Shown: positions 8,903 through 17,752, numbered from the stretch's first letter. The stretch: DNA of 64,000 nucleotides from an uncultured Chitinophagales bacterium (GCA_964463165.1 CAYXBK010000016.1:13402-77401), one strand, 5' to 3'. Notes: a model not told the origin generated them from the letters alone. Numbers and translations are program-made.

Positions 8903-9543
8903 CTTTCGCTGAATAATCCTTGAGGAGATTGCATTGTATTTGGATTAACACTCCCAATTAATCCTGCCGATATCAAATTGTTCCAGATAACATGAAAAAA
9001 CTCATCATCCTTTTGCAGGTCATGAAATGTGTCCAACACCATGCCCGAAATTGTCATCCTGTTACTAGGTGGTCTTAAATTCCTGCGTTCATACCATTGT
9101 GTTGGATTATTGATAAAGTCTAATATTTTAATATGCCAATCTGTGAGATTATCAAGCTGATTTAAAAATATTTGAGTTTTTGCTTTATCAGGCGCATCAC
9201 CCGTCGCAGTATTTATAATTGCGTTTTGAAAAGCTTTGATTTTTTCAGTTTCGCTTGTCTTCAACGCGTATGATGTCGCCTGAAGAATGACATCAATAAA
9301 TTGCTCATTGTCTTTTAAGGATACAATATTGAGAACTTCTTTACTCTCCAATTCTTTCAACCTAGTGGCAATATCGTTCATCCATTCGGCTCTTCTTTTT
9401 TCCAATGGAGGCGTAATGATCAGGCTGAATAATTCTGAAGCTGCTGACCCAATTACGGGGATAAACCCCAAAGCAACCTTGGCTGCCGTATGAGCAATAT
9501 CGTCCTTCCCTAGTTTATTTATGTCGTCATTCATCAAGACCAA
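8845..9543 (-). CDS. Hypothetical protein with an N-terminal hydrophobic Gly/Ala-rich segment
   Basis: 232-aa ORF. AAKVALGFIPVIGSAASELFSLIITPP is followed by a soluble helical domain. No family recognised. Confidence 0.4.
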   Translation of the reverse strand: MVLMNDDINKLGKDDIAHTAAKVALGFIPVIGSAASELFSLIITPPLEKRRAEWMNDIATRLKELESKEVLNIVSLKDNEQFIDVILQATSYALKTSETEKIKAFQNAIINTATGDAPDKAKTQIFLNQLDNLTDWHIKILDFINNPTQWYERRNLRPPSNRMTISGMVLDTFHDLQKDDEFFHVIWNNLISAGLIGSVNPNTMQSPQGLFSERCTQFGKEFLEFIKDSKIS

Positions 9544-9660
9544 ATTTACCCATTTTCAAGGCTGGAATGCGGCTAAAGTTTTGTCTGCATCTTGCAGAAT
9601 TGCAGAATAGAGATTTGAGTTAAATCCTTGATCTTTTTGAAGAAAAGTTTACTTTCATAA

Positions 9661-9769
9661 ATATCTTTACTTTTTAGGGCTCCATAAGCAAAGTTTTTCG
9701 CTTCATTGAGGTTGAAAAGTAAAGATATTGTGATATCTTTGCTTTAATGGAAGAGAAAAGTAAAGATAA
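9661..9769. promoter_or_regulatory. Array of four 14-nt motifs in alternating orientation around the Fic start codon; operator or alternative-hairpin element
   Basis: The motifs are ATATCTTTACTTTT (9661-9674), AAAAGTAAAGATAT (9715-9728), ATATCTTTGCTTT (9733-9745) and AAAAGTAAAGATAA (9756-9769). The ATG is at 9747. Confidence 0.45.
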
Positions 9770-10931
9770 ATCCGGGCGGCTTGGGTCATATATCACAGCG
9801 AATGTGGCTGGCGAAAGCTATCAAGCGTTCTTGCCTCCACCACTGCCACCAGAGCCCCCGCTTGACCTTATACCCCTTCAAAAGCTTCTTTTAAGGGCTG
9901 GGAGGGCTGTAACACGTTTGGATACTGTATCTGAGATCATTCCCGATATTAATTTGCTGCTGTATTACTACGTCCGTAAAGAGGCTGTGCTTTCCTCGCA
10001 GATTGAAGGAACTCAATCTTCCCTCTCAGATCTATTGTTATATGAAAGCCAAGAAACACCATCGGTTCCCATTGATGATGTCATGGAAGTATCGTCATAT
10101 GTGGCCGCTCTGCAGCACGGGTTGAGCCGCATGAGGGAGGATTTTCCCTTGTCATTGCGTCTCATACGCGAAATGCATGAAATTCTATTGAGACATGGCC
10201 GGGGCAGCAACAAGCAACCGGGTGAATTCAGGCGGTCGCAAAACTGGCTTGGTGGAACTAGACCGGGAAATGCAACTTACGTTCCGCCACCACCTGAAAG
10301 GTTGATGGAGTTCCTTGACCCGTTTGAAAAATATGTGCATGAGGAAAAGCGGCTCTATTCATCCCTCATTGATGCAGGACTTATTCATGTGCAATTCGAA
10401 ACCATTCACCCCTTTCTTGACGGGAATGGTCGGATAGGACGCCTCCTCATTACGATTTATCTGATCATGATGGGTGATCTGAAACAGCCCCTTCTCTATT
10501 TAAGTCTGTTTTTTAAAAATAATCGCCAGGAATATTATAATCGTTTGAGCGCTGTGCGTCAGACAGGAGATTGGGAGGGATGGCTCGAATTTTTTTTAAC
10601 AGGCGTTGCCGAAACAGCAGATCAGGTCGTTGAAACAAGCCAGGAAATTGAACGCCTATTTACATCAGATCTGAAAAGCATTGCAACATTGAAGCGCGCA
10701 GGTATCCGCGCACGTGTCGCACATGATGCGTTACGGCACAAAGCGATTATTTCAGCTATCGATGCGGCCAAGTACATGAATTCAACGGTTCAAACTGCCC
10801 GGGCTGCTCTTATTGATTTAAAGGAGCTAGGTATTGTTAACGACATCGCGGGTAAGGGAAAAGAGAGGCTATATATTTATGCAAAACTGGTGAACATACT
10901 TGAAAAGGGCACAACCCCGATTAATTTTTAA
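9747..10931 (+). CDS. Fic family protein (AMPylase-type), class II with an N-terminal inhibitory helix
   Basis: Fic motif HPFLDGNGRIGR. An upstream SSQIEG matches the (S/T)xxxE(G/N) inhibitory motif. The C-terminal region looks winged-helix-like. Confidence 0.9.
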   Translation: MEEKSKDKSGRLGSYITANVAGESYQAFLPPPLPPEPPLDLIPLQKLLLRAGRAVTRLDTVSEIIPDINLLLYYYVRKEAVLSSQIEGTQSSLSDLLLYESQETPSVPIDDVMEVSSYVAALQHGLSRMREDFPLSLRLIREMHEILLRHGRGSNKQPGEFRRSQNWLGGTRPGNATYVPPPPERLMEFLDPFEKYVHEEKRLYSSLIDAGLIHVQFETIHPFLDGNGRIGRLLITIYLIMMGDLKQPLLYLSLFFKNNRQEYYNRLSAVRQTGDWEGWLEFFLTGVAETADQVVETSQEIERLFTSDLKSIATLKRAGIRARVAHDALRHKAIISAIDAAKYMNSTVQTARAALIDLKELGIVNDIAGKGKERLYIYAKLVNILEKGTTPINF

Positions 10932-11015
10932 AATCTATTAAATGCCTATTGCCTAAATATATTTCCTATTTTCTGAACAGAAAAACTTCATTGAAGTAAG
11001 TTAAAAAATCAGACC

Positions 11016-12731
11016 TTGAAAAAAACAAAAAAGATTTCTCTTACTGATAAATTAGAACTTGATGGATCAATTTCAGATGCAAGGACCATCATTTTAGAAG
11101 GCATTCCGCAAGAAATACTTTTCACGAACTCACAAGAAGAGCTTTGCGCGTATATTCTCAATCAATTCGATTTTCCTGAAAAAATAAATGCAGCGGATAA
11201 TAACTCCCTCATGAAAGGTTGCAGGATCGTTCTTGACCTAATGGCGAAGAATGAAATAGGCGCAGAGGAAAATCCAAACCTGAAAACAGACCTAGATAAG
11301 TTACTCTATTATTTAATGAGTTTTGAAAGTTTGCCGGGACACCAAAAAAGAATTCTTGAAAACCAGGTTAATGATGACTTAAAAAAGGCAAACGAAATGA
11401 TTGATGGATATGAAAGATATTCTTTCATTAAAGAAACACCCAGAAATCATTTTCAGAGAACGATAAAGGATTTCTATCTGAGATGCCTTGAAGAAAAAAC
11501 TAAAATTGAATACCATCTAAAAAACGGAATAAACGAGCGAGCGATTGTGAATGCAAGCATTCATGATTTTTGGAGCATATCTGATTACATTTGGAACGGG
11601 TACAGGGATAGGCCATATAGGCTACCCTTCCCTCATTCACAGAGATATTTTGATCATTCAAGCATTGACAAAGTCCGGCATCGTATAGGGCCAATACCGT
11701 CAAGAATAGGCAAGGAACTAAGGACGCTATACAAAGAAGACAAGGAAAAATTCTATCTGGAGCTTGAAAAATATATAAAGATTGAGGATGTCCTATCCAA
11801 TTTAATAAGTCAGATTAATTTTCTTCCTTTCATATCAGATCAGCGAAAAAAAATATTTAAGGAGCTGGATGAACTATTTAAGTTAAAAAAATTCTTTGGC
11901 TTTTATGCGCTTGCATTCACACAAATCGAAGGTCTGTTTACAGACATGTGTAAGCTTTGTAAGCCTAATCGGAAAAAATTTAATCTTTCACTACCGAACA
12001 AGGTAAATTTAATTAGACCGTTTCACGATAATTCTGAATTAATTTTCGATTACTACCAATATCATCTTCCCAATTTGCGTAACTTTTTTTTGCATATTGG
12101 TGAAAACAGAAATGAAGGTATAAAGGTATTATCCAAGGATATTTTGTACGATCTGGAGGAAGTCGCTTCAGTTTTTTCAACTATGAACCTGGACGCTATA
12201 AAACTTTTGCATTTGAGCAGAAGAAGAGACGATATTGACTTTATGCATATCAATGGCATTTGTGGTTATTTTGAATTACTTGCAAGTGTAAAAGCCAAAA
12301 AACAAATTCATTATTTCGGGAATGAAATTCAAGAATTAAATAAATCATATTTACCAAGTGTAATTTTTAATGTTGTATTTGACCTGGAAGAAAAAATTAT
12401 ATCATTGTTGGATCGAATTGTTACGCCGATTGCCATGCATTCGAAAATGAATGGATTTGAAATTGATCTTAACAATACATCTGCAAAGGAAATCAATGAT
12501 CATTCAGAAGACCTTAAAATTAGCATTAGCGAGCTTATAAATTCCCAACTAAGAGCCGAAATTGAAGAGCTTCTTAATGTCGAGCAGTTTTTCATTAGTT
12601 ATAAAAAACAATTGGATATTAATTATTTGGACATTGAAACAATTAATATAATTGAAACTTTGAAAAAAAATTATTCCAGTATTTTAAAGAAAATAAAATT
12701 ATTAGCCTTTGTTACTGGATTTAAAAAATAA
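11016..12731 (+). CDS. Large hypothetical protein with a possible HEPN-like R-x4-H motif
   Basis: 571-aa ORF beginning at a TTG, so the start is uncertain. HLPNLRNFFLHIGEN fits RNxxxH. Nothing else recognised. Confidence 0.45.
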   Translation: MKKTKKISLTDKLELDGSISDARTIILEGIPQEILFTNSQEELCAYILNQFDFPEKINAADNNSLMKGCRIVLDLMAKNEIGAEENPNLKTDLDKLLYYLMSFESLPGHQKRILENQVNDDLKKANEMIDGYERYSFIKETPRNHFQRTIKDFYLRCLEEKTKIEYHLKNGINERAIVNASIHDFWSISDYIWNGYRDRPYRLPFPHSQRYFDHSSIDKVRHRIGPIPSRIGKELRTLYKEDKEKFYLELEKYIKIEDVLSNLISQINFLPFISDQRKKIFKELDELFKLKKFFGFYALAFTQIEGLFTDMCKLCKPNRKKFNLSLPNKVNLIRPFHDNSELIFDYYQYHLPNLRNFFLHIGENRNEGIKVLSKDILYDLEEVASVFSTMNLDAIKLLHLSRRRDDIDFMHINGICGYFELLASVKAKKQIHYFGNEIQELNKSYLPSVIFNVVFDLEEKIISLLDRIVTPIAMHSKMNGFEIDLNNTSAKEINDHSEDLKISISELINSQLRAEIEELLNVEQFFISYKKQLDINYLDIETINIIETLKKNYSSILKKIKLLAFVTGFKK

Positions 12732-12748
12732 TTGCCGGCTGTAAAATA

Positions 12749-12967
12749 CTATGGCTCTAGTTGCATTTTGCGCAGAATTGCCATTTGAATATTGTGCAAT
12801 GTTCCGATGATCGCAGAACAATCTTTCTGAAGCTGTTGTTTCCGAGCAAGTTTTTTAGAAACTTGATTAAATAAGGAATGCAATTCTGGTTCGCACATAT
12901 TGTCAAGTTCCGATAGTGTGAAATTCATCATAAAATTTTCCTCCGCAAATGCGCCCGTGACCATCAC
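12749..12967 (-). CDS. Small hypothetical ORF
   Basis: Only a 72-aa ORF with no motif. Confidence 0.2.
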   Translation of the reverse strand: MMVTGAFAEENFMMNFTLSELDNMCEPELHSLFNQVSKKLARKQQLQKDCSAIIGTLHNIQMAILRKMQLEP

Positions 12968-13129
12968 AGCCTTTCGGCGTCGGGAAGCATGGAAAGGAAG
13001 GCTGTGTGATAACGGACAGGCAGAGGAAAAATGAGTGACAGTAGTTCAGTCACTGAAAATACGCCTTGCTAATTGAAAAATTTTACTGAGAACAAATTAT
13101 GCATGGGTTGGACCACTGTTTTTGAAATT

Positions 13130-13315
13130 TTATTTTTTATCAATCCGACGAAACAACTTTTTGAGCTTATCTAGCACCAATGCAAAACTGGAAAAAATAG
13201 CCGCAATTCCCACTAAAATTGCTGGATCAATATCATTAATGATAGAGAGAATGATTGTTACTGCGAGCAATAAAAGCACTCCCATTAAAAGCATTAGTTT
13301 GAGAGTTTTTTTCAT
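13130..13315 (-). CDS. Small membrane protein
   Basis: 61 aa, mostly one or two hydrophobic helices (LMLLMGVLLLLAVTIILSII ... ILVGIAAIFSSFALVL). Its start overlaps the upstream stop as ATGA. Confidence 0.3.
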   Translation of the reverse strand: MKKTLKLMLLMGVLLLLAVTIILSIINDIDPAILVGIAAIFSSFALVLDKLKKLFRRIDKK

Positions 13316-13614
13316 GCTATAGCGAGCTTTAAATTAGTATCTGTACATAACGATGATTTCCCGATGGTGGCTTTTATCAAATCTCCTTGTATAGGAGCTA
13401 CATTCATAAACAAGTGTCCTTCGCAGTATACCCAATCGGTTATTTTGTATGCCAAATGGAAGTTCAGCCAGTAATCCTGGTACAAAGTAATCACCGCAAT
13501 AATCCGTATAGATTTCGCGGATATTTCCTTCAAATGTGCCGTTTGCCCGGCTTTTCGGGGTTCTGTATCTGAAGGCATCGAGTTGTAGGATGTGTGGCAG
13601 TAGGCTTCATTCAT
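13312..13614 (-). CDS. Hypothetical protein
   Basis: 100-aa ORF coupled by an ATGA overlap to the 61-aa membrane ORF. Confidence 0.3.
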   Translation of the reverse strand: MNEAYCHTSYNSMPSDTEPRKAGQTAHLKEISAKSIRIIAVITLYQDYWLNFHLAYKITDWVYCEGHLFMNVAPIQGDLIKATIGKSSLCTDTNLKLAIA

Positions 13615-13721
13615 AACAGTTCCAGCGTTTCAAGTGCTGTCTCTATTCTTAAATTACGATTTTTTTCGACGTGTTTTGGATGAATGAAGTATCAGTTTTG
13701 TCATGGGTGCCTCCTTCAGGA

Positions 13722-13901
13722 TTTGCATTTACACCCATTCGTGCATGCTTTAACCCCTGCCATTTGCGCCTGCTTACCGCATCAACAAAATAATCGGTTC
13801 CCCCTGAAGGTCTCCCCCAATTTTTTTTTTGACGCCGCATGCGCTCCCGGCTTGTCGGGGTCATCGCCCGAAAGGGTAATGCAAACAAAGGAAAACGAAC
13901 C
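13722..13901 (+). promoter_or_regulatory. Structured non-coding element, copy A (candidate RNA leader or ssDNA element)
   Basis: Alignable with copies at 21779 and 23576. It shares the helices TTTGCATT/AATGCAAA, CAACAAAATAAT/ATTTTTTTTTTG (10/12), CCCG/CGGG and CCC-GAAA-GGG. It ends at AAAGGAAAACGAACC-ATG. Confidence 0.65.
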
Positions 13902-14099
13902 ATGACAAACCAAACTGAAAAACAACACAAGAAAAAACCTGCGTTTTACATCTACACTCAAGATGCAGGAAAAAGTGAATATGCAGGTGCTGCATTTCGG
14001 CACAAGACCGGCACTGGATTTAATATCCTGATTGGCAAAGACAGTTTTGTCGCTTTTGAACCAAAAGGAAAATCCGCAACAACGGAGGAAAGCGCTTAG
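13902..14099 (+). CDS. Conserved 65-aa protein, copy A
   Basis: MTNQTEKQHKKKPAFYIYTQDAGKSEYAGAAFRHKTGTGFNILIGKDSFVAFEPKGKSATTEESA. It is 44/65 identical to copy C by hand alignment. An AGGA lies upstream of the ATG at 13902. The longer 13839 start would run into the conserved structured element. Confidence 0.65.
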   Translation: MTNQTEKQHKKKPAFYIYTQDAGKSEYAGAAFRHKTGTGFNILIGKDSFVAFEPKGKSATTEESA

Positions 14100-14130
14100 G
14101 CGCTTTCTTTCCATTATAAGGAGAATTATC

Positions 14131-14637
14131 ATGACAAGATTGTATGCACAACCTTACGATATATCTGCAAAAGGCTTTTATTTCGATTCAATCGAAGAAT
14201 ATAACCAAAAGGCATCCAAAAACTTTAATAAAATAGGCTTGCAGGTTGAGGAATACGAAATACAATTTATCTATGGAGAGAATATTGATGCAGAATTGTT
14301 TGAAGCCGCAGGTATTAATCAATCAAATATTGCTGATTTCTTTGACGCTTGCGATAATTGGAGTGATAACGAAAAATATAAAGTGATAATCGCTGTCGGC
14401 GAAGGCCATTATTCATTCGATTTTAAAATGGTTGAACCTGATGATTTTGATCTAGATATTTTTGAGATGGATACCATGCAAGAGCTTGCCGAACATTTCA
14501 CAAGTGAGGGCCTATTCGGTAATATTCCTGAATATTTGAAATACTACATAGACTATGACGCAATTGCGCTCGACCTATGTACTGATTACTTTGAAATTAC
14601 AATTGCAGGAAAACGTTTTATTTATCGTTGTTCCTAA
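14131..14637 (+). CDS. ardA: ArdA-like antirestriction protein (DNA mimic)
   Basis: 168 aa from the ATG at 14131, preceded by AAGGAG. The protein is very acidic. The C-terminal LFGNIPEYLKYYIDYDAIALDLCTDYFEITIAGKRFIY parallels the ArdA C-terminus (..VPxxLxxYIDYxAxGRDL....G.FEI). The size matches ArdA (~166 aa). Confidence 0.7.
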   Translation: MTRLYAQPYDISAKGFYFDSIEEYNQKASKNFNKIGLQVEEYEIQFIYGENIDAELFEAAGINQSNIADFFDACDNWSDNEKYKVIIAVGEGHYSFDFKMVEPDDFDLDIFEMDTMQELAEHFTSEGLFGNIPEYLKYYIDYDAIALDLCTDYFEITIAGKRFIYRCS

Positions 14638-14641
14638 ATGA

Positions 14642-14675
14642 ATATGCCGCCGTTTAAAACGGCGGCATATTTTTC
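14642..14675 (+). terminator. Rho-independent terminator after the ardA-like gene
   Basis: ATATGCCGCCGTTT / AAACGGCGGCATAT stem followed by TTTTT. A second weaker hairpin (GAGCGA...TCGCTC plus T8) lies near 14727-14760. Confidence 0.7.
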
Positions 14676-14949
14676 ATGCATATATCATCATTAAATATTT
14701 TAATGAAACTGCATTCAAAATTTGTGAGAGCGATTCTTTCGAGTCGCTCGCTTTTTTTTGAATTTCATCATACATCTGTGTGAATTTTTTTATCGCATCA
14801 TTTTATCATTCTTATTTGTGTTTAATAAAATCTTTTTTTCCACCACTCTTGTCAGAAATGATGCTAGATTGAAAACATGGGGGGCTTTCATAACGTGCGA
14901 TAACGTCATTGAATGGCTGCTAAGCAAATAGTAATAGGGGAATTTTAAA

Positions 14950-15282
14950 ATGAAAAACAATATCGAAGAATATTTTGAATACAACTACAACACAAACACT
15001 CTTGGTTATATCAATGAACCAGATGAAACTTATGAATGTAAATCAAAATATAAAACGAAACGTGCCAAGGTTGAAAATGAAAACCTTGCTCTCCCCGATG
15101 ACCACGTCAAACTTTTAACGCGAAAAGAAGCTGCCGAATATATCGGCATGTCGCCTGGCACGCTCGCCGTCTGGGCATCGACAAAAAGGTATGATCTGAA
15201 ACCCATCAAGGTCGGAACAAAAGCTGTTCGCTATTTCCGCTCTGAACTCGACAAGTTTCTGTTGTTGAAGAAAAAACCTTAA
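14950..15282 (+). CDS. Excisionase/AlpA-type helix-turn-helix DNA-binding protein
   Basis: LTRKEAAEYIGMSPGTLAVWASTKRYDLKPIKVGTKAVRYFRSELDKFL is the HTH_17/MerR-like excisionase-family pattern. Confidence 0.6.
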   Translation: MKNNIEEYFEYNYNTNTLGYINEPDETYECKSKYKTKRAKVENENLALPDDHVKLLTRKEAAEYIGMSPGTLAVWASTKRYDLKPIKVGTKAVRYFRSELDKFLLLKKKP

Positions 15283-15345
15283 ACACCTGATCTAAATTTT
15301 TAATACGGAAGATAACCAACAACAATTTTGTGGGAAGGAATTGCC

Positions 15346-16254
15346 ATGAACACAGAACAGGCAAATAGCATCGAATTATATCTGATTTTGAATAAACTTG
15401 GGATAAATCCCATACGACAAAATGGGTTTGATTATTGGTACTTATCACCTTTTCGCAATGAAAAGGAAGCGAGCTTCCATCTGAATTTAAAGAAAAACAT
15501 CTGGTATGATTTCGGGGAAGAAAAAGGTGGAACAGTAATTGATTTTGTTCAGGCTTATCTCGAAAAACAAGGTGAAGATCATACCGTTCAGGATGCCCTG
15601 CGGTGGCTTGATAACATGACACCGGCGCAGAGCGATCTTTTAAAATCGATACAGCTTGAATTAAGCGAAGAAGCGTTATCACTCTCACTGAAAGAGAAAG
15701 GTCCAATCGAGCATTTTTCATTGATCAAATATCTGCATGTTCGAGGCATTCCCTTCGGACTTGCAAGAAAATATTTAAAGCAAGTACTGGTGTGTAACCA
15801 CAAGACCGGAAAAAATTTTCATTGCCTTGCTTTCCGTAATGAAGAAGGTGGATATGAACTCCGCAATGAATTTTTTAAAAGCTGTCATCGGGAAAAAACA
15901 ATCTCTTTTTTTCGGGGCGCAAAAGTATTGTCGGGCGAAGTGCATGTCTTTGAAGGCTTCATGGATTTTCTCTCCGTCCTGGCCTTTAAAAATGTTGCAA
16001 GGCTTGATGGAGATGTCATCGTTTTAAATTCCACGAATTGCATTTCACATGCCATCGGTTACATGAATAACTACGGTTACGAAACCATGTATTCATGGAT
16101 GGATAATGATGCAACCGGAGAAAAAGCAACCACCACCCTCACTTGTTTTGCCAGAGGTCAACAAAACCTCACGCACAAGCCGATGAATAAATTGTATGCA
16201 TCTTATAAAGACGTGAATGACTGGCGCATGAAAGCCCTTGGTCTCTCTTTTTAA
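15346..16254 (+). CDS. Toprim-domain DNA primase of the Bacteroidota mobile-element type
   Basis: The N-terminal WYLSPFRNEKEASFHLNLKKNIWYDFGEEKGGTVIDF is a CHC2-like primase fold without the zinc Cys. Toprim Glu (VFEGFMDF) and DxD (WMDNDATGE) are present. The ATG at 15346 follows GGAAGGA. Confidence 0.7.
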   Translation: MNTEQANSIELYLILNKLGINPIRQNGFDYWYLSPFRNEKEASFHLNLKKNIWYDFGEEKGGTVIDFVQAYLEKQGEDHTVQDALRWLDNMTPAQSDLLKSIQLELSEEALSLSLKEKGPIEHFSLIKYLHVRGIPFGLARKYLKQVLVCNHKTGKNFHCLAFRNEEGGYELRNEFFKSCHREKTISFFRGAKVLSGEVHVFEGFMDFLSVLAFKNVARLDGDVIVLNSTNCISHAIGYMNNYGYETMYSWMDNDATGEKATTTLTCFARGQQNLTHKPMNKLYASYKDVNDWRMKALGLSF

Positions 16255-16272
16255 TCGAAAGGAAAAATAAAA

Positions 16273-16746
16273 ATGTCGGATGAAAACACACATGATTTAT
16301 CGGTCATCACTGAAGTGGATCTGATTTATCGCAATAAACAAAAAGCTTCTGACCGTCCTAAGATCAAATCCTCACGAGAGGTTTACGATCTGCTGCGTAA
16401 AACATGGGATGAAAATAAAATTGAATTGCTTGAACAATTTAAAATTGTTTTGCTTGATCGTAATAATTCATGTTTAGGTCTTGCGACGATTTCAAGCGGC
16501 GGAATGTCATCTTGTGTTGTTGATCTTAAAATTGCATTTGCAACGGCACTAAAAGCAAAAGCAACATCGATTATTCTGGCACACAACCACCCTTCGGGCA
16601 ATCTGCAGCAAAGTGCAGCAGATGAAAAATTGACGACGCAATTTGAAAACGCCGGGAAAATACTTGATCTACCTGTACTCGACCATCTGATTATTACTAA
16701 AGACGGCTATACCTCACTTGCTGATATCGGACTGATGAATAGATAA
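16273..16746 (+). CDS. radC: RadC-like JAB/MPN domain protein
   Basis: JAMM motif ILAHNHPSGN plus the downstream S..D pattern. The size and context are typical of mobile-element RadC. Confidence 0.85.
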   Translation: MSDENTHDLSVITEVDLIYRNKQKASDRPKIKSSREVYDLLRKTWDENKIELLEQFKIVLLDRNNSCLGLATISSGGMSSCVVDLKIAFATALKAKATSIILAHNHPSGNLQQSAADEKLTTQFENAGKILDLPVLDHLIITKDGYTSLADIGLMNR

Positions 16747-16774
16747 ATCACTTAGAAACAGAAGGAGAAAATAA

Positions 16775-17695
16775 ATGACAAACCAAATCGATGAAACCGC
16801 GACAATTGATGCACCAGTCACAGAAACAAAAACGGATATCTTTAACAAGATCACACAAAATATTATCGATGATCTTGAAAAGGGAGAACTGACATGGAGA
16901 AAACCATGGAACACGGATCATATGGCGTATGTCGGCCGGCCGCTTCGCTGGAATGATATACCTTATACCGGCATCAATATTCTTGTTCTATGGGCTGCTG
17001 CTGCCGAACTTAAATATAAATCGCCATACTGGATGACCTTTCGTCAAGCCTCCGACCTGAAAGCACATGTCCGCCCAGGTGAAAAGGCAGTGCATGTGGT
17101 TTACACAGACAAGGTGACGAAAGAAATAGAACAAGAAAACGGTGAGAAGGAGGAAAAGGAATTATCGTTCCTTAAAATTTATCCTGTATTCAATGCAGAT
17201 CAAATTGAGGGGTTGCCTCAGCATTATTATAAACCAGTCGAACAGAAAACCCGCAATCCTGATGAACGCATTCTCAATATGGAGGAATTCATCAAACAAA
17301 CGAAGGCGGAAATCGTCACTGGTCCCGATGCAGTATATCGACCGAAAAAAGATGTCATTGAAATCCCGCCTTTTGAAAGTTTTGATGACGGTGTGAGTTA
17401 TTATGCGACGCTCTCGCATGAGATCACCCACTGGACAAAACACAAGAGTCGTTTGAACCGGGATTTCAATCAGAAGCGTGTCGGCGATCAGGGGTATGCG
17501 ATCGAGGAACTTGTCGCGGAACTTGGCGCATGTTTTCTGGGCGCAGAGCTGGGTTTTGAACCCGTCCTGAAAGGTGATCATGCTGCATATATACAATCGT
17601 GGCTGAAGGTGCTTAAAAACGACAAAAAATGTATCTTCCAGGCTGCGTCTCATGCGCAGAAAGCTGTAGATTATTTGGGGAAACTACAGCGATAA
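16775..17695 (+). CDS. ardC: ArdC-like antirestriction protein (ssDNA-binding N-domain plus zincin metalloprotease)
   Basis: N-terminal GELTWRKPW ... IPYTGINILVLW (DUF1738-type) and a C-terminal HEITH (HExxH). A GAAGGAG precedes the ATG. Confidence 0.85.
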   Translation: MTNQIDETATIDAPVTETKTDIFNKITQNIIDDLEKGELTWRKPWNTDHMAYVGRPLRWNDIPYTGINILVLWAAAAELKYKSPYWMTFRQASDLKAHVRPGEKAVHVVYTDKVTKEIEQENGEKEEKELSFLKIYPVFNADQIEGLPQHYYKPVEQKTRNPDERILNMEEFIKQTKAEIVTGPDAVYRPKKDVIEIPPFESFDDGVSYYATLSHEITHWTKHKSRLNRDFNQKRVGDQGYAIEELVAELGACFLGAELGFEPVLKGDHAAYIQSWLKVLKNDKKCIFQAASHAQKAVDYLGKLQR

Positions 17696-17710
17696 TCCTG
17701 CGCTCGACTG

Positions 17711-17752
17711 GTATGCCCGTCAGGCTGTTTCACCTGACGGGCATACTTTTTT
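17711..17752 (+). terminator. Rho-independent terminator after ardC
   Basis: GTATGCCCGTCAGG / CCTGACGGGCATAC 14-bp stem followed by TTTTTT. Confidence 0.8.

Noticed and set aside
12965-13070. Hairpins CACAGCCTTTC...GAAGGCTGTG (12965-13006) and AGTGAC...GTCACT (about 13032-13052) as a possible small RNA
   Set aside because: They are single occurrences with no conserved copy in the window and no flanking promoter or terminator signals that I can support.
13649-14132. ORFs 13649-13930(-), 13684-13905(+), 13782-14132(-) and the long version of the small ORF (13839-14099) across element copy A. Also the similar ORFs 21709-21897(-) and 21786-22013(-) across copy B.
   Set aside because: Their apparent peptide similarity between copies follows simply from nucleotide conservation. 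The frames and lengths are not preserved across the three copies. They cut through helices supported in all copies. The 65-codon ORF starting right after the AGGAG motif is the only frame conserved in all three.
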